From: Piedraia hortae CBS 480.64
Taxonomy: Eukaryota
Direction: 5' to 3'
Length of the DNA: 64,000 bases
Assembly (NCBI GenBank): GCA_010093745.1
Contig: MU005974.1
Span: 62,001 to 126,000, forward strand
Position numbers and translations under genes: made by a program. A model generated the notes under the pieces. It had not been told where the DNA came from, did not search any database, and worked only from the letters and a program-made list of their open reading frames with translations. This document shows, in pieces, positions 23,959 through 34,727 of the stretch; position 1 is the first letter of the stretch; each line of letters starts with the position of its first letter.

Positions 23959-24839
23959 TCAGTCGTCTGTCTTGATCGTGACCCCGGCTTCCTGCGCCAG
24001 TTTCTTCCAATGCTCGCACTCGTCCCACGCTCGCTGACATTCGCTCTTGAGCTTCTCGCAGCTGGCACTGAGCTCGCCGATTGCCTGTTCGGTAAGCATC
24101 TTCTCCAGCGTCCACTTCTCGATATGCCTTGTCTCGTTCTCCTTGAGCTGCCGGATAAACTGTACGGCGCGTTGGAGGATGCTACCCTTGTTCTTCTCGC
24201 ATCCAGGTACAATTTGCGCCAGTTCGTTGATGCCTTCATTGATTGTCTCGCGGCGGCGTCGCTCCACTGTTGCTTGTCAGAGATGGTGCAGTCAGGGGAA
24301 AGATAAGCAAACTCACCCTCTTTGTGGTTATCCTTGCGGATCTTGTGCCACTCCTGTGTGCCCACCGCCGGCTTCGACGACATCCCGGTCGGGCCCTCAT
24401 CTTGGGCCGCTTCCCCATTGCCTTTGGGCACTTCGTAGTCTCCGTAGCCGTTCCCTCGAGCGCCCGTGTTGCCGGGTGAGGCATCTCCCGTTTGGTGCAT
24501 GAACGTCTGCTCGGTAGGTTGTGGCACAGTCATGGTACGATATTGGGCCATCGCAGCAGCGGCCGTGTCACTAGCTGTCTGGCCCGCGCCGCGCTCCATG
24601 CCGCGGGCAACCGGGGCAGGCGGAGGCGGAGGATGGGTGTGGCCGCCGCCGTCCTCCGGGTGCGGATGATGAGCCATGATGAATTCAAGCTGCGGATCCG
24701 TCCCGCCGTGCTCCATATCATTACCGAGCGTATGGTGCAGGTACTGGTGATCAAAGGCATTCTGATGGGCCATGGACGGAGCGCCCCTTACGCTGCCCAT
24801 ATCCTGTGCCTCGCGCTTTCTCTTGGCTACTGAAGACAT
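23959..24839 (-). CDS. CBF1: bHLH transcription factor, Cbf1/USF type
   Basis: KPAVGTQEWHKIRKDNHKE joins VERRRRETINEGINELAQIVPGCEKNKGSILQRAVQFI via intron 24267-24316, followed by the EKWTLEKMLTEQAI zipper. A further 5' exon is possible. Confidence 0.9.
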
Positions 24840-24988
24840 TTGAACGCGTGATGTGATTGCTGCTCCTGTCAGCCCATTGTTACGGCGGCCGCACGGCGTA
24901 GTTGTGCCGCTCCCAGCGACAGGTGTGTTGCATGTCGCTTCATCTTACCTTGCTCCACACGAAACGCTTCCAGGTCACGGGAGTTGTC

Positions 24989-25016
24989 GTCCTCACGTGT
25001 TGGATGTCCTCACGTG
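24989..25016. promoter_or_regulatory. Direct repeat GTCCTCACGTG x2 (E-boxes) upstream of CBF1
   Basis: 11-bp repeat at 24989-24999 and 25006-25016; another CACGTG at 25229-25234. Confidence 0.5.
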
Positions 25017-25519
25017 CTGTTGAAGGACTTGCGGTAGATTAGTAAGCTGCGGGTGACGTGATCCGGCTACTGGCTAATCTCCGGTACAACTTCGCTTCTT
25101 TTGTCCGGTGCTCCGTTTGGGTGCTGTTGCGCACACTTCTAGTGATGGAACCTCGAAAGAGACTGCGAAGAAGAGGGATTCGCCAGAGTTAATACAGTCA
25201 ACGCGTCGAGGACGTCACGAGACGAGGGCACGTGCCGTTATGTTGTCCAATCGGGTAAGCCTTGGTAAGGGTCCGAGGTGCTCACCTCAGCCGTTAGGGA
25301 CGATGAGATGGGGTCTTGCCTTTGCTTGTCAAGACAGCTTCTGCAGCATTTGGTTCTGCTGCTCAAGGTAGACGGATATAGCTCGAATGATAGGCGATTG
25401 ATATGATAGCAATCATTCCTGTGTGAATAACGCTCAAATGCAACCATTCTCCGTCAAGTACAAGGATATCATTTACAATTCCATCACGTTTTCAACGTTG
25501 CTATCATAACACAGGCCCT

Positions 25520-28500
25520 TCACTCTTCTCCACAGCCAACATGATCCCCCACAATCCTCAGAAACACCTGATCCAGGGTGCTCTGGGCAACCGAGTAATA
25601 TTCGACCCCTAGCCTATCCTTCCAGCTCTCCAGCACGCCAAAAACGTGTGAAATGCCTTCACCATCCTTTTCTCCGCTATTTCGCGGTATGCTGAACCGC
25701 AACTGTCCGTGAAAAGATCTCTTCTCCAGCACGGAGCCGGAAAACTCTGTCGTCGCAAACGCCTTCATGCGAAGCATATCTGCTTCGCTTGTCCGCGGTG
25801 CGTTCTTGTGCACGAGGTGAATTTGAAACATATCGTTCCATTTCCTGCGGAGGGAATCAATAGTTCCCGTGGCCAGCATGCGCGTGGACAGTATGCCGAC
25901 ACGCGAGGCGAGAGCATCTGCTTCTTCCATGGAATGCGTTGTCAGAACCAAAGCACGTCCTGATGCAACGTTGCGCAAGGTATGCCACATCACTCGTTTG
26001 GATGCCGCATCCATTCCGCTGCTGGGCTCGTCAAGTAGCACAACCGACGGGTTGCCAATGAGCGCTATGCCAAGCGAGAGCTTTCGTTTGTTCCCGCCCG
26101 AGAGTTTGGCTGCGAATCGGTCCCTATATGGAGTCAGGCCGACTGCCTCAAGGATCTGGGCCACGTTGTGCTTGACCGAGGGCACACCACGAGCGCGCGC
26201 ATAGAATGTCAAGTGTTCGGCCGTTGTCATCGAGTCCATGGCATCAAATTGTGGACACACTCCCAGCTTTGCCCTGGCAACTGCGCGGTGGGCTATGGAT
26301 GTGTTTTCGATGAGAACATCGCCCGCGTTGGGCGACATGTCACCTCTTACGAGGCCAATTGTGGTTGATTTTCCTGCTCCATTGGGACCAAGCAACCCAT
26401 AGATCTCGCCGCGACGAACACCAAGGGTAACGTCATCCACTGCAACGTTTTTGCCAAACGACTTGCTTAGGTGGAGCACACGCAGTTCGTCGGACTCCTT
26501 CTCCACCCTGTACGCTTCTGCACACACGTCTGGATCCATGTCGCGCTTTTCAATATCTGGTGTTTTGAGCACTGATCGCTTGAACTGCGGCCTCCATCCA
26601 CTCTCCCGTATGATCAACACAGTCATGAATAGGATGGATTGAAGAATAAGGTAACAGATGCATGATCCATAGACAGACCAGCCTCCGTAATTTGTCGCGA
26701 GATCCGAGTCGTGACACAATGATGAAAACTCGTTGAACGTCAGAAAGAGCGCCCTGATCAGATTTGCTGCTGGGAACACAAATCCAAGGGTATATGTAGC
26801 GAGCCGGACGTAATTGTCAATGGTAGAGGGGTCGCAGTAGACAGTGATACACATGTAGGTGATGAAGTAGAGGAGAAAGAAGGCGCACTCGGCGCCGGCG
26901 GCAAAAGAGAATGTTGCCAAGGGGCCAGGCGCGAATAGTGAGACGAGATAAGCCATGAGGGTTGCAGACAAGCCGAAGAGGATGAACACAAGCCAGAGAT
27001 AGCCTGGCCCGTACCATACGTCCGTGGCGGCCGCCAAGATAATCATGCAGATAGTGCTGATGAACAATACCATGAAGAAGTCGAAGAGAACATAGGCCAT
27101 CCAGATGGATGATGCGCGGATGCCATTGCTGTAGTGCAGCGCTCTCACATTACCGAGGCGCTCGCGGTTGACATAGAGGGCAAAAAAGGCCGGGGAGATG
27201 CAGAGGGCTAGGCCAAAGTAGAAAATGAACTGCAAAGTGTTTTGGGCAGAGGACGACCAGGTGATGTCAAAGGGGCGGAAATTGGTGACGATAGGGACAT
27301 CGGTCATGCTGATATCCAGGATGTTCTGGGCCGCGACAGCGAAGAAGACATTGTAATTGCCTCGCCATGCAAAAGTCGGTTTGTCACCGATGAAGAATCC
27401 TCCCATGCTGACATGAGAGTGGGCTTCTGAGATGTAGGTTTCAAGCTCTTGAAGCGTTTTCACTTCGTGAAAAATTGAAGTTGGCATCAGCGGGTAAAGA
27501 GATTTGAGGAATTTCACGTCCACAGAGGGCCCGTACGGGAACTGAACCTGCTGATTTGAGAAGCTCGTTAGCCCAAAGGTGGTGGCACGTCGAACTTGAT
27601 CCGTTGGCTCGCAAGTTCGCCGGTCAAACCCTCTCAAGTAGAGTGTCACTAGGCCAGCGGCTGCAATTGGAATGAGCACGGCTGCGATGTAAGGCGCAAG
27701 ATTGCGACGCAAGATGGTTGCCCTTTTCCTGAAGAGGATCCATGTCTGGGCGATAGCTGAGGGCGGAGTCCCATCAGCGAGAGACAGTCCTTTTTCATTG
27801 ATTGATGCGTAGCCGGAGTCCAGATCGTCTTGAATCTCGGTTGCAAGGTTCAAGAACACATCCTCAATCGTCGGTCCATTCACCTGATAGTCTTGAATGC
27901 CAGCAGCCTCCAATGTCGAGACGAACTTCAGCGCACTGGCGGAGTCTGGTACGCGATAGACGATCTGGTCTTCATGAATCTCCTGCGGCACGTTTGAGCT
28001 CGCAGGGAGAGGCTTGTAGTTCTCACGGTAGATCCTGACACTGTATCCGCCTCCATGCTGGTGCTTGAGCGCAACTGCCGATCCACTGGCTACTCGTTGG
28101 CCCTGAGAAAGGATGGTGATGTCGTCTGAAAGCAAATCTGCTTCATCAAGGAAGTGCGTAGTCAAGATCATGGACCGTCGCCCCCGCTCGGCCAAGATAA
28201 TGTCCCAGATCTTGCGCCTCGATAGAGGATCCAAACCCGAGCTGACCTCATCGAGCATACACAGCGAACTACCACCCGTAAGCATCATAGCCAACTGGCA
28301 TTTGCGCTTCTGCCCGCCACTCAGCGTCTTGGTCTTCGCATTGACTTTTTGGTCCAAATCGCAGGCAGCCACCAGTTTCTTTAAGGCGGCCGGCGGATCC
28401 GGGTGGTCAGACTTGAGCCGATTGAAGACGCTGACATGCTCGTACACCGTCAATTCATCCCAGAGGACATTCTTTTGAGGACAAAGGCCGATTCCACCAG

Positions 28501-30076
28501 TGGCATCCATCTCGATGGTACCTTCAGTCGGCTTTTGCAAGCCGGACAGCATGTCCAAAGTCGTACTCTTTCCACTTCCGTTGGCGCCTAGAAGAACCAA
28601 AATTTGTCCGTGAAGTACCGTCAGGTCGAGGTTGTTCACGGCGCACACCGGTGGAGCGTTTTTCCATCGTCGCCACCACTTGGGTCTGTAGATTTTGGAA
28701 AGCCCGGATACCTTGACAGTCGGCTCATTGGTTTGTCTGTACCGCAAAGACCTCATTTGGGAGGCTGTCCCATATAGTGCTCTCTCAACCAATGCACCAA
28801 CCACCGGATAGACGGCAAACTGGAAGATGGCAAAGACAAAGAAGACCCATCCAGACACTTCCCAAATGGCATCTGGTGCGGGCTTAAGCAGTCGGGGTCC
28901 AAGGCTGTGTCGCTGCCAGTACGCCATGTATATGATGAACATGGTGTAGTTGATGGGCGGGAAGATGAGACTAAGCGCAACGCATGCACCTGTGGATTGA
29001 GGCGGGACCACTTGAATGATGATGGTCAAGAGGATTGACACGATAGCCACAGTGATTCCTGATAGTTGAGCTTTGCGGAAGAGGCTGGCGAACGCAATGG
29101 ACCAGGAAGAAAGTGAAAGGCCGGCAAGTATGAAGAAGCTGACCAAAACACCCACGTCCGAATTGTAGTAGTTTTGCCTGGCTATGATTATCCCCATTAG
29201 GATCCAACTCGGTAGGTAGAGAATGTCAAACGCCAGGTGCATCGCAAGTAGCCGCGCAGCTTGGGGAATCCATCGCCTTCGATTAGGCATCATAGCCTCT
29301 ATGAGCTGTGACATGCCCATCTCGCGCTCCTTGGCCATTTCTCCCGTTAGTTGAAAACACACTCCAACCATGCCGATGAAATAAGCCACGGCCAGGATGT
29401 TGATCAGAGTCCGCATATACATTCGCGTAATCTGTCGCTTCCTCTGGGCGGCGGTCTGTGAGGTAAAGGGGAACTGATCCACTTCCGGCAATTCGATATT
29501 CTCCAAGGACGCAATTGCCGCATCGACAGCGTGTTGAACTGGAAGGACGAAAATCTCCGCATCGTTGTTGTGCCTGTTGACGTAGATGCGTGATCCCATG
29601 GCACCATCGGCTCTTATCGTGTAGTTCCACAGCCCGCCTGGTCCTTCATTTGGTGACGATATGAAGCTCACAGCAGCAAAACATCGAGAGACTGAGCGGA
29701 TCGACCCTCGACATATTCGCAGCAGTTCATCATCCGAGTTCAGAACCTTCACTTCCATTCCCTGGTTATCGATTGGCATCCGCACCTGGCTGATAACCTC
29801 ATCGATGGCTCCACCTGTATGACCATTATTAACAAACAAAAAAATGTCGCGGCCTCCGGTCGAGGACGCAATAGCATTCGCAAGGTCCCGTAACGGCCTT
29901 GGGTGGCCAACACCGAAGTTACTGGGAGGGATAAAGAAATTTTTGGCGTAGGAAATAAAGAACATGAAAACGACTGGCGCAATGAGGGCGCGCAGAATCG
30001 TCCTCAACCAGTGGCGGAAGAGGACAATGCGTAGAGTCTTCTCGCACAGCGTCCATGTCTGTCTGACGAACGACAT
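25520..30076 (-). CDS. ABCA-family full transporter
   Basis: 1518-aa ORF with TMD-NBD-TMD-NBD layout. Walker A GANGSGKST and GPNGAGKST, signatures LSGGQKRK and LSGGNKRKL, CPQ and LTTH motifs, and C-terminal PTIEDVF / STLDQVF typical of ABCA. Confidence 0.92.
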   Translation of the reverse strand: MSFVRQTWTLCEKTLRIVLFRHWLRTILRALIAPVVFMFFISYAKNFFIPPSNFGVGHPRPLRDLANAIASSTGGRDIFLFVNNGHTGGAIDEVISQVRMPIDNQGMEVKVLNSDDELLRICRGSIRSVSRCFAAVSFISSPNEGPGGLWNYTIRADGAMGSRIYVNRHNNDAEIFVLPVQHAVDAAIASLENIELPEVDQFPFTSQTAAQRKRQITRMYMRTLINILAVAYFIGMVGVCFQLTGEMAKEREMGMSQLIEAMMPNRRRWIPQAARLLAMHLAFDILYLPSWILMGIIIARQNYYNSDVGVLVSFFILAGLSLSSWSIAFASLFRKAQLSGITVAIVSILLTIIIQVVPPQSTGACVALSLIFPPINYTMFIIYMAYWQRHSLGPRLLKPAPDAIWEVSGWVFFVFAIFQFAVYPVVGALVERALYGTASQMRSLRYRQTNEPTVKVSGLSKIYRPKWWRRWKNAPPVCAVNNLDLTVLHGQILVLLGANGSGKSTTLDMLSGLQKPTEGTIEMDATGGIGLCPQKNVLWDELTVYEHVSVFNRLKSDHPDPPAALKKLVAACDLDQKVNAKTKTLSGGQKRKCQLAMMLTGGSSLCMLDEVSSGLDPLSRRKIWDIILAERGRRSMILTTHFLDEADLLSDDITILSQGQRVASGSAVALKHQHGGGYSVRIYRENYKPLPASSNVPQEIHEDQIVYRVPDSASALKFVSTLEAAGIQDYQVNGPTIEDVFLNLATEIQDDLDSGYASINEKGLSLADGTPPSAIAQTWILFRKRATILRRNLAPYIAAVLIPIAAAGLVTLYLRGFDRRTCEPTDQVRRATTFGLTSFSNQQVQFPYGPSVDVKFLKSLYPLMPTSIFHEVKTLQELETYISEAHSHVSMGGFFIGDKPTFAWRGNYNVFFAVAAQNILDISMTDVPIVTNFRPFDITWSSSAQNTLQFIFYFGLALCISPAFFALYVNRERLGNVRALHYSNGIRASSIWMAYVLFDFFMVLFISTICMIILAAATDVWYGPGYLWLVFILFGLSATLMAYLVSLFAPGPLATFSFAAGAECAFFLLYFITYMCITVYCDPSTIDNYVRLATYTLGFVFPAANLIRALFLTFNEFSSLCHDSDLATNYGGWSVYGSCICYLILQSILFMTVLIIRESGWRPQFKRSVLKTPDIEKRDMDPDVCAEAYRVEKESDELRVLHLSKSFGKNVAVDDVTLGVRRGEIYGLLGPNGAGKSTTIGLVRGDMSPNAGDVLIENTSIAHRAVARAKLGVCPQFDAMDSMTTAEHLTFYARARGVPSVKHNVAQILEAVGLTPYRDRFAAKLSGGNKRKLSLGIALIGNPSVVLLDEPSSGMDAASKRVMWHTLRNVASGRALVLTTHSMEEADALASRVGILSTRMLATGTIDSLRRKWNDMFQIHLVHKNAPRTSEADMLRMKAFATTEFSGSVLEKRSFHGQLRFSIPRNSGEKDGEGISHVFGVLESWKDRLGVEYYSVAQSTLDQVFLRIVGDHVGCGEE

Positions 30077-31048
30077 GTCTGTGGAGGGAGAAAGCAGCGT
30101 TGCTATTGCATCTTTGTAAGTATCAAAGGACTATCCCCGGTAACATGAAGCCTGGTCTCCTGCAGTGGCGGAGCAAAATTCGGCTGCGTCTTTTGCTCCA
30201 CGCGTCATCAGCCATCCCTTCCCCCTTTTTACTTTTCTTTTTTGCTTTATCTACTCGGCAGCCAACGGTGAGTTTATACTCCCTACGGATTGCTTGAATC
30301 GGGGTTTGGGTTGGCGTCGGTGTTCGGTGACGTTTGAACGGTGGAAACGGTCTTGGAACATCGCTCAGCTAGGTGGTCAATGCGCCACCAACCCAAGCCC
30401 CCACCAACCCAAGCCACACGTACAGTCATTGCAAGGCTGGGATCCAACCAGTGTCTGAAAATATGGAGGCTTGTCAGGAACAAAGGGTATCAGCCTTCTT
30501 GTACTATTCCTGTAAACAGCCCAGCCTAATCCTGGACCTTGAGGACACTTATCCCTATTTTGTAAAGCGGATGAGTATTGCTGTAATCCTCTGATGCTTG
30601 TCCTCTCACACGCATGCCTTCAGCCTCGGTATAATGCTTTCCTCCGCGTAACTTCTGTCAATCATCACGGATGTCTTGAGTTCAAATGTCGAATAATGCC
30701 CGCTGCGGAGAGTTTGACAGACTTGTCTAGAACATGAATCACGACATCCCTTGAGTTGGCGCGTGGGGTTGACATCTCGATCAGCTTTTCGGCAGCGACA
30801 TGTAGAACCTGAAGCTGAGGATTGGCGATGGGGTATAGATAGATCACAAGACCTCAACGTATCGAGACCTTGTCAATACCACCGCTTCCTGAGAGATGTC
30901 ACAAAGCCATGTGGAACTGCCAGCCGGACTGACATCCCCGCCTCATTGTCATCTCATGTCCAGTCATGGAGAATGGCCCTATAGGTGCAGGACATGTCCT
31001 GCATGCTTTCATCCAATAATGGATGGTGATGCTTCAGGCATCTCGTTC

Positions 31049-31244
31049 GGATGACCTTGATGTTAAACCAATTAGCCTACACGTTATCAACTCATGCAAG
31101 ACTAAGACCCTGGATGACCTTGCTGTTTAACCAACACGATTTGATGTCAGCTCACCCAAAACCAAGACCGCATCTCATTCCGCTCAGCTCAAAGTGACAG
31201 CTCCATTAACCATCCCGCTCAGCTCAAGTGACAACTCCAACAAC
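31049..31244. repeat. Two short imperfect tandem duplications
   Basis: Approximately 60-bp unit GGATGACCTTG...AAGACC at 31049 and 31112. Approximately 35-bp unit CAT(T/C)CCGCTCAGCTCAA..GTGACA at 31176 and 31211. Confidence 0.7.
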
Positions 31245-31748
31245 CAACGTCTATGCACATCCACCAATCCTAACCTGTAATGAAGATCCCTACGCACCCC
31301 CACCATGAGGCACCAATCAAAAGTGTTAGTACCCCCATTTCGCCCTAAACATACCACATCGTCGTTGCACATGTGATCGGCTCCTTCGTGAATGACAGCC
31401 ATTGTTTGGCTGCTGCGCTGCCCAGTGAATCCACATGTCCTCCCCCACAAGAAATTAAGCGATCTCGGTACGTGTGACACGGATGAGAAGAGACAACCCG
31501 ACAGGATGGGGTAACAAAGTTCTAGTCTACAGCTGTATCATGAGAAGGTTTAATAAAACATGCTGGTCAAAAAACAGACAAAAGAAAGAAAAAAAGAAGA
31601 CTCTTGCCTATTGTCCCGGTGCCACCTTGTCTTGCCAATCCATCTTGAATTCATCATGTTGTCGTTCAGAAAGGTAACCTCTGCAAAGCAATGCATGTTA
31701 CTGTGTCATAAAGGACTCATGCGTCTCTGTCGAATGTAAACCGCAACG

Positions 31749-33682
31749 CTAATGCCGGCGGAAGTACAACACAAGCCATCCGAGTAGACGATATGCTGCA
31801 ATAATGGCGATGAGAACCCCGATCCAATGACCCGTCGACTGCTTTTCGAAGCCATACCGCTTCAGCACTGTGGTACCGTTGACCTGGCAGGGGTTGCTGG
31901 GGTCTGCAGGGTAGGAACATCGACAGTCGCCGCTAGAAGTGCGGGCTGTGCATTGGTAGTTGCGATGGCGAAATTCGTTCTGCATCATTGCACCGAAAAC
32001 CACAGCTTGGTAATCAATGTAGTGGAAGACATAACGCCAAAATGGATTCAGCGTGTGCGTGGGGACTAGGAATCCACCTGCTGATGTTAGCATCGATAAT
32101 TGGGGATAAAAGTGAAAACCTTACCAACACACATCCACAACCCATTTGCGAATGCTGTGGCTGCAAGGGCAACAACAAAGATAGGCAACAAAGAAGTAAT
32201 CAACACCACCAATGATTCGGCTGCACAAAGATCGAGGAACAGCCATAGGATCCACATGAAGAAGGCGCTGGCCGTGGGTCGAAAGTTGGACAGCCAGTAG
32301 GCCACCAGCGAAAAGAGCAACGCAATGAGGAAAAGATATGGAATGCCCGTGATGAAGTTGGAAACCATAAAGGCCGTTGGTCCGTAGAGGCCATTAGCTC
32401 TCTCCTTGATGAACAACGCCCTGTCCTCCAGGAAGGCAGGTATGTAGGCTACAGCCATGAACGACATAAAGGCGCCCCCGAAGAAGATGGCGTTTATGAA
32501 GGCGGAGATATTGTCGTCGGTTGTGCGCAATCGAAGCCAGACAGTGCCCATCATGATCGCGAGGCCCATGTACATGGCAATGCGGATACTGTAGGCGACA
32601 ATGTCGCGGTAGGATTTGATGAATGAGCGATGGATAAGGGCCAAGGGAACGGCAATCATTCCGGCCCCAGTAGCCTCATTATCAGGCTCAAACGCCGCTT
32701 CTTGGCTACCATGGCCGATCTCTTCGTTCAGCTCAGTAAGGGTGGTACTCGATAGGCGAGATCGCTGCCATGAGGAATGTACCAGTTCCAGTTGTTGATC
32801 AATCTCTGCCCCATCACGGGCGAAGTCGGTATTGACAAAGTCGATAATGAACTCAGCTGGGTTCATGTACAGGGGGATAGGAAACCCGCAGGAGTCGAAG
32901 TAAGACTGGACCCCAGCAACGGGCCCGTAATAGGCCGTGGCGCCCTGGGAAAGCAAGAGGAGGCGGTCAAACATGGCAAAGGTAGATGTTGAAGGCTGAT
33001 GGATAGAAGCGACCACAATCAGGTGATAACGCTTTGCAATATCGCGAATGAACGAAATAACTTCGAAGGCGGCCGCCGAATCGAGGCCAGATGTTGGCTC
33101 GTCAAGGAAGAGAATGCGCGGGCTCGTAATTAGCTGTGATGCAACGCTGACTCGACGCTTTTGCCCCCCAGAAATGCCCTTGCGAATGGGAGTTCCGATA
33201 AGATCGTTGGTCTGGGCACTGAGTCCAAATGCATTGATGAGAGCTTGAACTCGACGCTTACGCTCCGTCTTGTTCACCGAAGAAGGCAACGAGAGCCTGG
33301 CAGCAAATGAAAGTGTTTCCTGCACCGTCAAGGAACCGACAAGGGCATCTTCTTGCTCGACATAGGCCGAAATGCTGCGAATGATGGGTGCGGCCGTTTG
33401 GCGACCGTTAATAAAGACCCCCCCACCCACAGTAGCTCCAACGGCTGCCGTTCGATGCGCAAGAACGTTAAGAAGAGTAGATTTACCAGACCCGGATGGG
33501 CCCATAAGCGCCAAAAGTTCCCCAGAACGCACGAGGCCATTGACATCGGACAGAATCGTCTTGGGCTGTGCAGACTGGCGGTCCTTGACCGTTACGGTTA
33601 CGGCCTTCCAGCTGAAGCTTCGAACATCAGAATTGGTAAGCTGAACGTAGTCGCTGCCGAGTACTTTCTCTTCATCGGCCAT
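31749..33682 (-). CDS. ABCG (White-type) half transporter
   Basis: NBD-TMD order; GPSGSGKST, ISGGQKRR, FLDEPTSGLDS, SIHQPS. Intron 32078-32124 joins ...LWMCVG to GFLVP...FHYIDYQ; the terminal exon ends at 31749. Confidence 0.92.
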
Positions 33683-34727
33683 ACTGACAGTGAGAGCAGT
33701 TGCGAAGTGTCAAAGAACGACAAAGAACGCTGGCCGCAAAGAACAGGTGTGACTATGAACTAGGCCAGGCGAGGGGTTATGTTTAAAAACGCTCTGGTGC
33801 ATGACCAACTAGGGTAGGAAGGCACTTGCCCCTCCTGCTCCCACCTGGTCATTTTTGGTCGTAATTACAGCCCTGTGACGCGGGGCTGGGTTGGCGGGCG
33901 GATCGCGCCGCACGGCCCGCCTGTTCGGCCGCGTACAATGTGGGAGCGCCCCGTTTTGCGACGTTTCTACCCTGCAACGCCAAAAAAGTCAAATGCCAAT
34001 TTTTGCAAATCATGTGTCATGACCCTTGACAGTCACACTGTGTCCGCCTCGTCAGCCCAAACGAAACATTGTGGTCATTGTGACCATTGTGGTAGAGACT
34101 CGGCGGCACAGCCCAGCTGAGTTGTGACTCTATGATGATGAGGAGCCGCAGTCAAGCCACCAGGATGTCGCAAACTCACCTTCGGCTGTTGGCCGTCAGG
34201 ATCAACTGCCGCCACCCAAACAGCCGCAGACAGCCAGCCCTGCAGCCGTGATGAACCGGGGTATGGGGCTCGCTTGATGCTTCTCATACCCTGTAGACCG
34301 AGCGAGCATGGCAGCCCTGCACATTGGTGCAAACAGAACCGTTCGCGGTTCGTTACGATCGCATGCGTCGTGCCCGGCTGTCTTTCTCTGTGAGTTGGTG
34401 TGACAGCTAACGACACCGTTCCTGCTCGTTTGGGAACCCTACCGACGCCATTGTTTTTTTAATGGTTTTGTTAGCGTTTCCGTTAAAGAAAGCGTGCTTT
34501 CGTATCCGTGAGGCCACATGTCAAACCACACCCTTGTCACACTCCCGGGACTCTATTCCACAAAGCCTTGCGCCCTGGCCTGCGACGCTCCGACGCGCCC
34601 CGAACCGGTTGGCTTGGATCGACAAAATTGGAATATTCGTTTGACTCTCACGAGTGTACATAACTTGGACGCCCTCAGCCCATGAATTACTGACATTCCT
34701 CAGCAAACACTTGCGCGTGCCTGTCCC

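Noticed and set aside
30600..30860. Possible transposase fragment (YAEESIIPRLK)
   Set aside because: No DDE motifs nearby; similarity too weak.
31049..31244. CRISPR-like array
   Set aside because: Eukaryotic context, only two imperfect copies per unit and no spacer structure.
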